NCBI GenBank assembly: GCA_002269645.1
Contig: NIVC01001892.1
Coordinates: 160,570-224,569 of the forward strand
DNA from: Macrostomum lignano
Lineage: Eukaryota
Direction: 5' to 3'
DNA: 64,000 nucleotides
Positions 13,665 to 27,533 of the stretch are shown here, one piece after another; positions within the stretch are counted from its first letter, which is position 1; every line of letters begins with the position of its first letter. A program made the translations under genes and the position numbers. The notes beneath the pieces are model-generated. The model saw only the letters and a list, made by a program, of their open reading frames with translations, was not told the DNA's origin and made no database searches.

Positions 13665-16220
13665 GAGTCCAGAAATATAAATAAAATAAGTCACTCGGCA
13701 GAGCTTTTGTAAACGTTCAGAGTGCTATCGTGTGCGAAATATCAAGAGGCTGCTCTGAGAATGTACTCTTAAATTGCATTAACGCACGGGCATTCTCAAG
13801 CGGCTTAAATGATTGATTGAACGAACTGGGAGTCAAAGCAAGCAGGCGCTAATTTTCTATCAGGCAAAAGGATTGACTGCATGGGGCCGGCTGGTCCTCA
13901 CGGCTGGGCCTAAAAGCCACCCACCAAATATAACTGGGGTAGAGAGGGAATGTGCGATCTGGGGTGCGCGCGCAATGTACATTCACTGCGGAGGGAAGGC
14001 AGCGAAACGGCTAATAAAGACAGATAGATGATGGATGTACGCAAAGAGCCCCGACCCCTTTTCCTTATCTAGCATCACTTGTACACTCCAGTTTAAGGAA
14101 GGATTCGCTGTGGCAGAGGCGTGGGTGGGTGTGGAACAGACTAGTGAAGGCTTGCTAATCGATAGAATCCGCTGGGCCGTCCCGTCCGTTCAGTACTCGT
14201 ACTTTGTTATAAAAAATTTATTAATTTTTCCTTGGGTAAAGTGCAACACGTGCATTAAAAATCCTACGTTACGACGGCTCAATAGGCTCGTGCTTAACGT
14301 GCCCATGTTCGTATTTATTATTGTCATTTTGCGATTGACTAGCTGAATTTTTGTATTCCTTTCAAATAGTCAGTTGTAAATCTGACCTTAATTATTCCTG
14401 AATCCTGATTCCGTTTCCTTAGCATCCTGATTTCACCTGCGACTTGATCGTTGGTTGCCATAGATATGTACATACCCCATTGACCCACCCCCCTGCATCC
14501 GCCACTGAGCTCAAGCTCCAAGCTTGAGATACATTAAAGCAATATAACAACGATAAGGCAGACGAAAAAATTCCTGTTTCCTGGCGGGGAGGGGGGTCAT
14601 GGCCCTTTTAGTTTCCTCGGAGAGGGATGGGGGTCAGCCGGCCCTCTTGACCCCCTGGATTCGCTGGTGTTTCCGTCTCTTCCGTCTCAGAAGCACTCTT
14701 TTAAACTGGAATTGAAAAACTTTTTTCACCTCAAAGGCCAGATAAAAAATCTAACGTAAAGACTGCGGGCCAGATGAGAGAGGAGAGAGAAGAGAAAGAA
14801 GCGAGGAGTGTAAAGAGACTGGAGAGGAAAGAGGAGAGGAGAGAGTAGACAGAAGAGAGAAGAGAGAGGAGAGAAGTTCAGACCCCGAGGCCCGGATAGA
14901 GGCTTCGCGGACCGCATGTGGCCTGGCGCCGGATTTTGCCGACCCCTTATTTTAAACAAAAAATAAATAAGTCAGATGATGACAGGTCAGTGTGCAAGTG
15001 CATTGATAATTGTCTCTTATTATCGGGGATCCGAATTCAATGCTGTGGGGATATTAGTAGCCAAGCTGGAGCCCTTCTCACTCGTCACCCGCGTGCTTCT
15101 CGTATTAATTGCAGGCAGTTCACTAAAATTGAAACAAAAATGGCATTGAAAATGGAGAAATCTCTCGCCGCGGTGCAGTGTGTGTACAGGGCGCAAAAGT
15201 ACATATTGCCGGCAAAGAAAAATATTCGATATTAGAAGGCGTAACGCTACAGGAAATTCGAACTGGACTGGGGTGGGTTGCACTTAGACAGCAGAGGAAC
15301 CGCTAAAATGGCGAACTGACTTACTTGGCAATGGCTGAGACTGAAAATTAGCAAACAGACTCCTGGAAATCGTGGCAAATAGAATAGTAATAATGAGAAT
15401 AATAATAATGATAATAATAGTAATAATAAAGTGAAAACGCAATGACGACGAAACGCAGTTTTGCAAACAAAGACTACCTCCATACTTCTAAAATTTTGCT
15501 CGGAATCGCAATGAACAAAAAGAAAAACAAAACAGGAATTTGAAAATGCGCGCGTACGGGGAAATTGTGTGTAAAACAATTTTTAAAAAGGTGCACAAAA
15601 AGTTAGCGCAGCTCAAGGTTTGGAGGTCAGTAACAAAAACTGCTGCAGACACGGACAGAACTTCATGGATAAGACAAAAAAGAAAAAATGATTTTGCGGC
15701 ATTATTACATCGGCTTTCCTGTTGCTATTTGTAGGGCTCCTTTCCTGCTCGCACAGTGAAACACTCAGTATCCATATTTAATAGCTTTGGGCAATTATAG
15801 ATTGCAATGTGTGGGATTAGTTTACGATGGAGCAAGTCAACAACGCTACAGGCGCTGATAGTGAGTGAATGAATGGGTTGCATTTACTACGCGAATTTTG
15901 CTTCCGGAAATGAAGCGAAAAGTTTGCACATGGAGCGGTTTAGGTCATGCAGTACAAGTTGGTTTATGTAGCAGGCCAATGCCTCAACGATTGTGCTGTT
16001 AAAATTGCTTTGTGCGCGATTCAAATTTTAATCACTTCTGTGATTTTTCTACTTAAAGTAGCGTTCTTGGTTTCACTATAGTATTCTGTTGCATTTGCTC
16101 TACTGTAAATAGCGCACTTCGAGACTTTTTCTAATTTTAGCATTTTTTGACCCTTTCGTTTTCCGCGGCGTGATTGGGGGCCGGTTAATATCAGCGGTAT
16201 TTCAGCGCTCTGTCAACTGC

Positions 16221-17484
16221 TTACTGTACAAGGTAGGGCGACCACCGGATTTCCGCTGTTTCAGCCGGTTTCCGCCGTCTGGACTTGCTGCCGAGCATCT
16301 CGCGGACCCACTGGCTCCAGGGCACAATGATCTGCTTGGGCGGCACCAGGATGCGCTGGTAGCGGTCGGGGTCGCGGGGATACCAGATTAACGACTGGGC
16401 AGCGTTGCAGTGCGGCGCCTTGGTGGACTCCTCCGGCAGGTGGGCCTCGTCTGGCTCTGACACCTGAATTTAATCAATAAAAATGAGTGAATTCTCTGGG
16501 TCGCAGGGGCTTTGACCACTTCCGCGTCGAACATGAAGGTGACAGCTGACCTGCAGCCAGCGAGGAGGTCAGAATTTACATTAATCCCATTCTGCTAACT
16601 GCTGAGCACATGGGCATGCAGGCACATGCTCACGCAGTGTGCGCAACAGCCCTGACTCTCCAATTGCGAGATATGTACACACGCTGTACCTTGGGGTCGG
16701 CCTTCATAAGGCGCGTGAATTACACGACAAACCGCCCTCCCTCGTACAAGTATTTCCATGCGTACAAGTATCCCAGTGTCTCTAATTCAAACAATTTCGA
16801 AATTAACAGACGGCTCACCTGCGGAGGCTCCGACTGGTACTCAGTGAACCAACGCACCCGCTCGCCCACAGGCAGGTGCGAATCCACTTTCATTCGCAGA
16901 TTGTAGTCCCAGCGGATCTTCTTCAGCACGTGGACCTCATCGGCTGGCGACTGTGCCTCGGTGAGCACCCCGCGTCGCCGGTGCCGCACGGCCACCAGCC
17001 AGATGAGGAACTGCTGCTGCCGGTGAATGTCGGTCAGTCGGACCCGCCCAGAGTAGGGCAGCTCCCACACCACGCTGGGGTGAAAGTAGTCCTTGATCTG
17101 CAGCTCCTTGTTGGTCTTCCAGTGGTGCCCCACTCGGATGGTGTGCACGCTCTGCGTCACGGAATAGAAAGGATACATGCGGCCGTCGGAGTCATTCATG
17201 AGCTGTCGCCGGCCGCTCTTCAACGGGTGAAACTCCCAGTAGGAGCTTCCCCGCTGCTCGTAGTCATTCTCCAGGTACATGTAGTTGCAGGCCTGCACCA
17301 GGCCGATGCTCCAGTCGCGGTCGGCCACGCAGCTGGGAATCTCGATGCTCACCTTGCAATAGAAAGTCTGCGTACGGTAATAGAGCATGTTCTCCGTCTC
17401 CTCGATCAGAGTCTTCGAGTTCTTGTCGTAGTACGCTCGGACGCATTTCACGTTGATGTTGTCGACTGTCAGTTTTCCGGTCAT
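16221..17484 (-). CDS. FAM78: FAM78A/B family protein, 2 exons, 302 aa
   Basis: Exons complement(16819-17484, 16221-16463), phase 0. Motifs YRTQTF, WSIGLVQAC, NDSDGRMYPFY, DYFHPSVVW, QQFLIWLVA, CNAAQSLIWYP, ILVPPK align with recalled FAM78A motifs (YRTPHF, WVVGWIQAC, SDSDGVNYPWY, DNFYPSVTW, NDAQVLMWRP, VVIPPK). Confidence 0.9.
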
Positions 17485-18285
17485 CTAGCCGCCTGCCGCT
17501 AGCAGCATGAATAGCTGCCGCCTGGTGCCGGTGACCTGGCCGCCGAGTGCAGCTGAGCTAATTAGCGACCTCTCCCCTCTCTCCTGACTCTCCGATAGAG
17601 AGCTCTCTGGCAGTCTGTGCGCGATGATCTGGGCGAGAATCAAGTAGTAATCGTGGGCCGAGGGAGAGAGAGAGAGAAAATGGGAGGAAAAATGAAGCGC
17701 GCGAGCGGTTCTAAGCTCGACAGATTAAGTGTTGGCCATAGACTAAACAGATCGGTGACTTCTGACCGGCAAAGCTTGCGATCAAAAAGAGCGTGTAGCG
17801 TTGCATTTTTAACTGCTTCATCCAACATCGCAGTGGGAAAATATTTTACCGCGTTGTTTCTAAAGCTCACGTTTCAAAATTGTCTCAAAGAATTTCATTC
17901 TGCTTCGTGGTTACAACCACTTTTTGAGGTGACTTCTTTTGGGATCCAAATGGGTAATAGTTTATTCCCAGCTCCCATTTGACACCACACCACAGTCTCT
18001 ATGGTGTCAAACCTTCATTGTGGAGATTCTCCTGGAATGTCTACAACCTGCTGACGACAATCTGGCAGAAGTGAAACCAAACAGCCTCGCACTTCGGCAT
18101 TGCCTTGCCTGCCAGAAAGTAGAAAGCTCGACGTACCCTATTGTGAGAAGGCCTGCACCCACCCAGCGAGAGAACTGCACCGACTTGATGGGAGAGCTGA
18201 ATAAGCCAGTGTGTCTTATTATTCTAACTTCAAGCGGCAGGCATTCAGATGCGCGCTTGTGCCCGGACTCATGTATTGGAAATGT

Positions 18286-18830
18286 GCGCTTTGTCACACT
18301 GACAACTGTTTATAAATGCGCGCTTTGTCACACTGACAACTGTTTATAAATGCGCTTTGTCACACTGACAACTGTTTATAAATGCGCGCTTTGTCACACT
18401 GACAACTGTTTATAAATGCGCGCTTTGTCACACTGACAACTGTTTATAAATGCGCTTTGTCACACTGACAACAGTTTATAAATGCGCGCTTTGTCACACT
18501 GACAACAGTTTATAAATGCGCTTTGTCACACTGACAACAGTTTATAAATGCGCGCTTTGTCACACTGACAACTGTTTATAAATGCGCTTTGTCACACTGA
18601 CAACAGTTTATAAATGCGCGCTTTGTCACACTGACAACAGTTTATAAATGCGCGCTTTGTCACACTGACAACAGTTTATAAATGCGCGCTTTGTCACACT
18701 GACAACTGTTTATAAATGCGCTTTGTCACACTGACAACAGTTTATAAATGCGCGCTTTGTCACACTGACAACAGTTTATAAATGCGCGCTTTGTCACACT
18801 GACAACAGTTTATAAATGCGCGCTTTGTCA
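18286..18830. repeat. 32/34-bp minisatellite (CTTTGTCACACTGACAACTGTTTATAAATGCGCG)
   Basis: About 16 units upstream of FAM78. Confidence 0.95.
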
Positions 18831-20060
18831 TGCGGGCCTATTAATGTGTCCCAAATAAAATTGTCGGGAAGACAAGTGGGCTTGACGATCGTAATTTTTT
18901 TCTTCGAATTTTATACCATTCGCTTCCACGAAATTTTAATTTTTTTTCAAAACATTTTAATTTCTGGATTAGACAAGGGGTTTTATTAAGGTCGAGGTTA
19001 TTGTGCTATAGGGTCAGGTTAGAGCTAGTTTCTGTTCGGCAGACTCGCAAACAGCTGACCATATTCATGCATGGCATGTGATCACGTAGAGAGGTCATAG
19101 AGGTCATGGTGAAGCTTGTGCATTGCTGTGATTACTGTGACCACTCTACCGAATTATCTGGCCTAATGGCTTATTTACCGAATTTGAATTGTGAATGCCT
19201 GTCGTCACAGCTCGTGTGAAGTAACCTGACCAAAAGTGCGGAGCGCGTTCACATGCGCAGCATAGGAAATGGTGGCGATGGCACAACAGGCACAATCCAC
19301 TGCATTTTGCGTATTAGTAAACAGGTACTTTGGATTCACATTAACACTTGAAGCTCTCCAGTGCCCTGGATTTTCTACAATCAGCCCCGAAGCTCAGGGC
19401 AGAATTGCTTTCGGAATGCGCAAATTCTGCATTTCCTGTACTTCGCTTGCCCCACCACCCCCCGCACATGCATGGCCCCGTATCTGCGACCGATCGCTGG
19501 TAGGAGTATCTGTCGGTCAAGTGTCACGTGGCTATCATTGCCTGACAATACCAACTTTTCCAACAGCAGAGCAGTAGAGTACGATACGATAATGAACGGA
19601 GCGAAAAGCAAGGTTTTTATCAGATTTATTTGTTTTAGTGTGTGTGAATTCCACCCGATCGAATTTTAATTCAACATGGGCTAGCTCAGCTAGAGTACGT
19701 GAAATTCGAGGCCTAACTTATATCCCATTGTTTTGAAGATCTCGTACGTTCTGAGTCTGACGTGGAAGATCAATCACTGGGGTTCTGAATCTGTGTATAC
19801 TTTACTAATACATCAATACCAATGTATTGGTATGTTAGGGGGTTGTTTAAGTGGTAATGTAGGGGGTTGTCGCCTATAGTGGTTAGAGTGCAGGACTCAC
19901 AACTGAAAGGCGACCCACCGATCGAAACAATTTGTCATTGAGCAAGACACTTAACTCTGCATTGCTTCAGTTCACCCAGCTGTAAAATGGGTACCAGCAT
20001 TAGCTCGGGTAATTGAGGATGTGTGACGTGTGTGGCGTGGCGACTCCTCACGGCCCCAGT

Positions 20061-21699
20061 GCCGCGGGCACTCGCTTTAGCGACGCAGGCACTCGCTTTA
20101 GCGCCGCAGGCACTCGCTTTAGCGCCGCAGGCACTCGCTTTAGCGCCGCAGGCACTCGCTTTAGCGCCGCGGGCACTCGCTTTAGCGCCGCAGGCACTCA
20201 TTTTAGCGCCGCAGGCACTCATTTTGGCGTCGCAGGCAATCATTTTAGCGTCGCAGACACTCATTTTAGCGTCGCAGACACTCATTTTAGCGCCGCAGGC
20301 ACCCATTTTAGCGCCGCAGGCACTCATTTTAGCGCCGCAGTCACTCATTTTAGCGCCGTAGGCAATCATTTTGGCGCCGCAAGCACTCGCTTTAGCGCCG
20401 CAGGCACTCTTTTTAACGCCACTATTTTTAGCGTCGCAGGCACGATTTTAGCGTCGCAGACACTCATTTTAGCGCCGCAGGCACCCATTTTAGCGCCGCA
20501 GGCACTCATTTTAGCGCCGCAGTCACTCATTTTAGCGTCGCAGACACTCATTTTAGCGTCGCAGGCACTCATTTTAGCGTCGCAGACACTCATTTTAGCG
20601 TCGCAGGCACTCATTTTAGCGCCGCAGGCACTCATTTAAGCGCCGCAGGCACTCATTTCAGTCGTAGGCACTCATTTTAGCGCCGCAGGCACTCGCTTTA
20701 GCGCCGCAGGCACTCATTTTAGCGCCGCAGGCACTCATTTCAGTCGTAGGCACTCATTTTAGCGCCGCAGGCACTCGCTTTAGCGCCGCAGGCACTCATT
20801 TTAGCGCCGCAGGCACTCATTTCAGTCGTAGGCACTCATTTTAGCGCCGCAGGCACTCGCTTTAGCGCCGCAGGCACTCATTTCAACGCCACTATTTTAG
20901 CGCCGCAGGCACTCGCTTTAGCGCTGCAGGCACTCATTTTAGCGCCGCAGGCACTCATTTTGGCGCCACAGGCACTCATTTTAGCGCCGCAGGCACTCGC
21001 TTTAGCGCCGCAGGCACTCATTTTGGCGCCACAGGCACTCATTTTAGCGCCGCAGTCACTCATTTTAGCGCCGTAGGCAATCATTTTGGCGCCGCAAGCA
21101 CTCGCTTTAGCGCCGCAGGCACTCTTTTTAACGCCACTATTTTTAGCGTCGCAGGCACGATTTTAGCGTCGCAGACACTCATTTTAGCGCCGCAGGCACC
21201 CATTTTAGCGCCGCAGGCACTCATTTTAGCGCCGCAGTCACTCATTTTAGCGTCGCAGACACTCATTTTAGCGTCGCAGGCACTCATTTTAGCGTCGCAG
21301 ACACTCATTTTAGCGTCGCAGGCACTCATTTTAGCGCCGCAGGCACTCATTTAAGCGCCGCAGGCACTCATTTCAGTCGTAGGCACTCATTTTAGCGCCG
21401 CAGGCACTCGCTTTAGCGCCGCAGGCACTCATTTTAGCGCCGCAGGCACTCATTTCAGTCGTAGGCACTCATTTTAGCGCCGCAGGCACTCGCTTTAGCG
21501 CCGCAGGCACTCATTTCAACGCCACTATTTTAGCGCCGCAGGCACTCGCTTTAGCGCTGCAGGCACTCATTTTAGCGCCGCAGGCACTCATTTTGGCGCC
21601 ACAGGCACTCATTTTAGCGCCGCAGGCACTCGCTTTAGCGCCGCAGGCACTCATTTTGGCGCCACAGGCACTCATTTTAGCGCCGCAGGCACTCATTTT
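20061..21699. repeat. 21-bp minisatellite (TTTTAGCGCCGCAGGCACTCA) with a 715-bp internal duplication
   Basis: Identical ORF translations at 20366-20635 and 21081-21350. Confidence 0.95.
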
Positions 21700-22733
21700 C
21701 TCATTTTCCTACGCGTTCCTCTCACTGGCTCTCACTTGCGGAATGAAGATTCCCAGGGTCGCACAAAGAACAGCGGAGAGGGCCAATGTACGCACGAAGT
21801 GTACATTTAATGTACACATATGGGAATGGTGTATTAATTGCGAGCGGGGATAGGGAGGCCCCATGACAAGTGAAGGTCAGCTACTCTGCAAACCTAAATA
21901 ATGCCGCGTAAGCTAAAATATGCGAAACCGGTTTAAACTTGTTCCAGTTCCAGTCCTGTTGCGCACTTTCTGTTGTTTTTTCAAGCGGTAAAGTTCGCAA
22001 TTTTAATTGCAGTCCAACACAATAAAATAACAAGTGCTTTGTTATCTTTTGCTAAAACGTGCTTCACTTGCTTATCTATAACGCCCAACCCCCATTTTCT
22101 ATCCCTACTACTCCCAACTAAAGGGTTTGAGATTCTATCCCAGAGCTGAGACGAGCAGAGGGAGACATGTACATGTAGATTGTAGGCTTGGCCTTTTTAT
22201 CAGAAAAGTGTCGCGGCGTCAACGTAAGTGAAACGTCTGATCTGCAGTTGACCTCAACCTCTCAGGTCGAACACTTATTATCTAATCCAGTTCAAGCCCA
22301 CATTGGCGTTGCCTTGGCAGCCACTTGGACCGGCTCTTGTTAGCGGAATATCCACTATCTGAAGCCTCTGTAACTGTAACCAGTTTTTTTGAGAACTGGC
22401 CTAAACCTGTTGCTTGAAATCCCGCAAAAGGGGCCTCATTGAATGCTCGATTCTCAAGGCTAGTTTTGCCGAAAAACATTCGAACTTTCCAACCAAGCGA
22501 GTGGCGGAGGTTGGGGTTGACCCGCGCCACTTTTCTGCTATAAAAATTCAACCCGTGCCGAATTTTTGATTTGGCATTGGTTGGAAATCTCCACTGTAGC
22601 TGGCACTATACGCTAGATTCGCGTCCAGAAAGAACTTTCCACTCTGTTAATTAACTTGACCCGGTCTCATCACACGCCTAATTGTGTAACAGTTTTTACT
22701 TCCGAATACCGAATATCGTTTAAAGAAAAGCCA

Positions 22734-24236
22734 ATGACTTCAGTGGCCATCGAATCGTTTTTGGACCCTAGTAACAGCAGCAGCCAAGAGGCGTACAGCC
22801 GCAGTCAACAGACAAACGGCCTCGTTGCTGTCAAGTGGATCAACTATCACCAGATTGAGGATAATCACGATGGTAAGTTAAGTTGAGAGTGATAAGAGAG
22901 GCTCTATTGCACTGGAGTATGTTGATCTATGGCCAAACTTGCATTTGAGAACATAGAGCAAGCGGGGAGTCTATGACCAAAGTTGCTAGCGCTAGTGTCT
23001 ATCGCCAAAACTGAACAAACATGAGTCTATCCATTAGCCAAAGTTGCTAGTAGTGTCTATAGCCAAAACTGAGAAAGCGGGAGTCCATATCCATAACCAG
23101 AGTTGCTAGTGTGTCTATGGCCAAAACTGAGCAAGCGGGAGTCTAACCATAACCAGAGTTGCTAGTGTAGTGTCTATGGCCAAAACTGAGAAAGCGGGAG
23201 TCTATCCATATCCAAAGTCGCTAGTGTCTATGGCCAAAACTGAACAAACAGGAGTCTATCCATAGCCAAAGTTGCTAGTGTCTATGGTTTTAGTCTATGG
23301 CCAAGCAGTCACTAAGACTAATCACTAAGCCAAATTTTAATTCCTATGCAACTAACAGACAGCAAGATTCTGGTGTGTGGCAGCGGAAGCCAGATCAAAT
23401 GCTTCCTGGAATTACTGGAGTCAGTTTGCGAGCAGAGGACAATCAAGCGGCTGATCTGCGCGGCTGATTGCGAAGTGAGAGGCTGAGAGAGAGCGAGACT
23501 GCTGCTGTGTGTTTGCGAAACTCGAATAGCTATTATTTGATTTTGTCCAACCTGTATTTTAGCTAGCCATGCTGACGGACTCAAAGTTCTGGACTGAGTA
23601 CGGCTGCCGGATTGTCTCCTGGCGGAAGGAAGGTGAGCTCTTTTCTGGGTCATCCCAGCTAATTAGTATGTAGTTAGGTTGTCGCTACAGGGCTGAGCTT
23701 AAGTACTTATATAACTTAACATCACGCCGCATCTTTGCAGAATACGAGGACGACATTGTCCGCCGGACTCGCCTTGCTGCCAAACAGAAGCCCGTGTTCA
23801 CAGTGATCGACTTTGAGCCCACTCTACGCCGCTTGCACCGCCAGTTTTACATTGTTGCAGAGGTAGGAATTATTTTTTATCTTTTTGTATCCCGTATGTT
23901 CTGTTAGAAAATTTCAAATTCAGCATTCTTTTGCACATGTGCGCTACTTTGAGTAGCATGATCAGGCTTTTTTGAATAGCGAAAAATCTGCTTTCCAAAT
24001 TGCAGTGCGGCCGAGTTCTGCTCTTCCAGAAGCGCCAAGCCCGCTGGGCGGAGATCTGCGCGCCTCTGCTGCCCGCCCTGGCTGACCGCGGCGTTGTTGT
24101 GGAGAATCTGGAGGACGACTGCCGCTACCTGATGCCGGCAGAGGACCGGGACTGCGCCGGGTCAGAGGCGTCCTCAGATGATCTCGCCTATTCGTCCTCG
24201 ATGTCGTCAAGCGATTTCCCGGAATGCGATCGATAA
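22734..24236 (+). CDS. Small protein with degenerate MDR/alcohol-dehydrogenase-type Rossmann domain, 5 exons, about 225 aa
   Basis: Exons 22734-22872, 23359-23474, 23563-23632, 23741-23862, 24006-24236 join in frame (678 nt) at strong GT/AG sites. KILVCGSGSQ (beta1-Gly loop) and VFTVIDF...VAECGRVLLF resemble ADH_zinc_N VDVVFD...GGRVVVVG. The family call is by eye, and upstream coding exons are possible. Confidence 0.6.
22950..23300. repeat. Degenerate ~55-bp intronic repeat (GTTGCTAGTGTCTATGGCCAAAACTGA...)
   Basis: Lies in intron 1 of the Rossmann-domain gene. Confidence 0.75.
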
Positions 24237-25331
24237 ATCTCCGTGACCAAATAGACTGCGCATGGATAATTCAGATTCATATTCAGAATGGATTGCAAAA
24301 TGCACGCAGTGACCTCTGAGGCTACAAATGCCTTCAAACCCTGGGCAAACAGGAATTGGCCTCTGGGCCGAGAGAAGCTAAGAGTCACACACAGCTGGGG
24401 TGCCTTTGGGGCGCTGAATCTCACTTTGGGGCGCCAAGTTGGATTTCTCAAGGCCTCTCAAGAACAGATCTCAAATGCTGCAGAATTTCAGCCTTTTTGC
24501 CCAGGGCGATAGCTCAGACCGAATGTGTCAGGTGGAACGACATGTCATATAGTTATCAATGCTTTTATTCATAATGTCGTACCTGTTGCAGTGAACTACA
24601 CTTTAATCTATGATTTATTGGTGCTGTCACAATTTGTGGATGCCAATTCTGGTCATCTTGCTGCTCATTCACGGGTTTTAATGTGCAATTTTGTGTGTAC
24701 ATAGAAACTATTACATACTTGCTCATTCATTTCTCTTTAATTAAACCTTATTCGTTTCTCGGAAGACTTATAACCAAAATTACAAAATTTAAAATGCCAC
24801 CGGTTGGTAAAATTGATGTTTTTATCATGTACTCCTCATGTACTCGTACATTTGCTGTCCTTCTGGCGCACCTCACTGCATTTTATTCAATCGAAGGTGC
24901 TCGCCGAAGGCGGAAAATAAAAAATCTGTATTTTTTTTTAATTTAGCGCTGAATAGCTTCACTGTTATAAGAATGCTGTTCATTGTTCGGCTGTGAATGA
25001 ATTCTTTATGCCTAGTTTATTTTTTATAAGCTGGTATTGCATGCACTGGCTGATGTGCTCAGCTAGCGGCTCAGCTGACTCATGCGCCATGCAGCTGAGC
25101 ACACTGCGGTGGGTGAGTTTGAGCAGCTTATGAGCTGCTGTGAGTCATCCAAAGCAAATGTGCATCAGTGCTCAAGGGCTTGAAATTTGTATGAAATGAG
25201 CTGCTGAGAAAGGAAATTTAATAAGGGACAGATATGGCAGCCATATACAGTATGAAATACATGCAGCATATAATGTACATGTACATTAACTTGTATACAT
25301 CCAGTCATGCAGGGCTACTGCAGCTCCACCT

Positions 25332-26311
25332 TCCCAGATCCTCAGTTGCTGGGCCAGCCTCCCAGATCTCCAGTTGCTGGGCCAGCCTCTCAGATCCTCA
25401 GTTGCTGGGCCAGCCTCCCAGATCCTCAGATGCTGGGCCTCCCAGATCCTTAGTTGCTGGGCCAGCCTCCCAGATCTCCAGTTGCTGGGCCAGCCTCCCA
25501 GATCTCTAGTTGCTGGGCCAGCCTCCCAGATCCTCAGTTGCTGGTCCAGCCTCTCAGATCCTCAGTTGCTGGGCGAGCCTCCCAGATTCCCAGTTGCTGG
25601 GCCAGCTTCTCAGATCCTCTGTTGATGGGCCACCCTCTCATCAGATCCTCAGTTGCTGGGCCGGTGCCATTTTCCAGATCCTCAGTTGCTGGGCCGGTGC
25701 CATTTTCCAGATCCTCAGTTGCTGGGCCGGTGCCATTTTCCAGATCCTCAGTTGCTGGGCCGGTGCCATTTTCCAGATCCTCAGTTGCTGGGCCGGTGCC
25801 ATTTTCCAGATCCTCAGTTGCTGGGCCGGTGCCATTTTCCAGATCCTCAGTTGCTGGGCCGGTGCCATTTTCCAGATCCTCAGTTGCTGGGCCGGTGCCA
25901 TTTTCCAGATCCTCAGTTGCTGGGCCGGTGCCATTTTCCAGATCCTCAGTTGCTGGGCCGGTGCCATTTTCCAGATCCTCAGTTGCTGGGCCGGTGCCAT
26001 TTTCCAGATCCTCAGTTGCTGGGCCGGTGCCATTTTCCAGATCCTCAGTTGCTGGGCCGGTGCCATTTTCCAGATCCTCAGTTGCTGGGCCGGTGCCATT
26101 TTCCAGATCCTCAGTTGCTGGGCCGGTGCCATTTTCCAGATCCTCAGTTGCTGGGCCGGTGCCATTTTCCAGATCCTCAGTTGCTGGGCCGGTGCCATTT
26201 TCCAGATCCTCAGTTGCTGGGCCGGTGCCATTTTCCAGATACTCAGTTGCTGGGCCGGTGCCATTTTCCAGATCCTCAGTTGCTGGGCCGGTGCCATTTT
26301 CCAGATACTCA
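25332..26311. repeat. 33-bp minisatellite (CAGATCCTCAGTTGCTGGGCCGGTGCCATTTTC) x~20 with a degenerate shorter-unit leader
   Basis: Homogeneous from about 25644; the leader shares the CAGATCCTCAGTTGCTGGGCC core. Confidence 0.95.
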
Positions 26312-26723
26312 GGTTGGCCGCCACTTCAGAAAAAATGAGGATAACTTCATTTTTCGCATTAAAATCGCCAATGGCTGAATTTGCTAAAATGTTATTTATT
26401 TACAGATCCAATCAGCGGTTTGAGATCAGACAGGTGCAGCAGAATGCAGCAAAAAATCAATTCTGAGTAGCCAAGCAAAACATAGGCAAATTATAAACTA
26501 CAAGTGTAACCAATAGTTTAATATTGGAATGCATTGCGCAAGATTTGTGCCTGTTTAAAATTAGCAGCATCATAGACAGCATAAGCGGACTAAAGTTTAC
26601 GAATGCTACTTATAGTAGCACAAGTGAACATTGGCAGATAACAAGTAATAAGAAATGTTTGAAAACACCTTGGTGGTTTGTATCAACCGGCTGAAAATAG
26701 GGTGCTGACCCTGAATGCTGAAT

Positions 26724-27360
26724 AGAATGCTGACCCACTCTGGTTCAGAATGCTGACCCACTCTGGTTCAGAATGCTGACCCACTCTGGTTCAGAATGCT
26801 GACCCACTCTGGTTCAGAATGCTGACCCACTCTGGTTCAGAATGCTGACCCACTCTGGTTCAGAATGCTGACCCACCCTGATTCAGAATGCTGACCCACC
26901 CTGATTCAGAATGCTGACCCACCCTGATTCAGAATGCTGACCCACTCTGATTCAGAATGCTGACCCACCCTGATTCAGAATGCTGACCCACCCTGATTCA
27001 GAATGCTGACCCACTCTGGTTCAGAATGCTGACCCACCCTGATTCAGAATGCTGACCCACCCTGATTCAGAATGCTGACCCACCCTGATTCAGAATGCTG
27101 ACCCACCCTGATTCAGAATGCTGACCCACCCTGATTCAGAATGCTGACCCACTCTGGTTCAGAATGCTGACCCACTCTGGTTCAGAATGCTGACCCACCC
27201 TGGTTCAGAATGCTGACCCACCCTGATTCAGAATGCTGACCCACCCTGATTCAGAATGCTGACCCACTCTGGTTCAGAATGCTGACCCACCCTGATTCAG
27301 AATGCTGACCCACCCTGATTCAGAATGCTGACCCACCCTGATTCAGAATGCTGACCCACT
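26724..27360. repeat. 23-bp minisatellite (CAGAATGCTGACCCACTCTGGTT)
   Basis: About 27 units with two variant types. Confidence 0.95.
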
Positions 27361-27533
27361 CATTCATTGTGTCTGGCCTAAACCTGACTAGACTGAAACT
27401 AATGACGGGATGCAACGATAAACCACTAAATAGTAAGCATGAATAACTTCATACAGTTAAAAAATTGCAAAAATGACGCAACCAAGTTTGAGCTTTCAGT
27501 AAAAACTTTGGCGTTTCATCCATCGGCAGTCAA

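Noticed and set aside
14470-14950. hAT/Harbinger-like terminal motifs (CCCCCTGCATCCGCCACTG; GCATGTGGCC...GCCGACCCCT)
   Set aside because: Only single ends are recognisable; no paired TIRs or TSD.
19935-27360. Regular arrays as possible CRISPR loci or repeat proteins (MSACGAK, MAPAQQLRIWK)
   Set aside because: No unique spacers, no cas genes, eukaryotic context; they are ordinary minisatellites.
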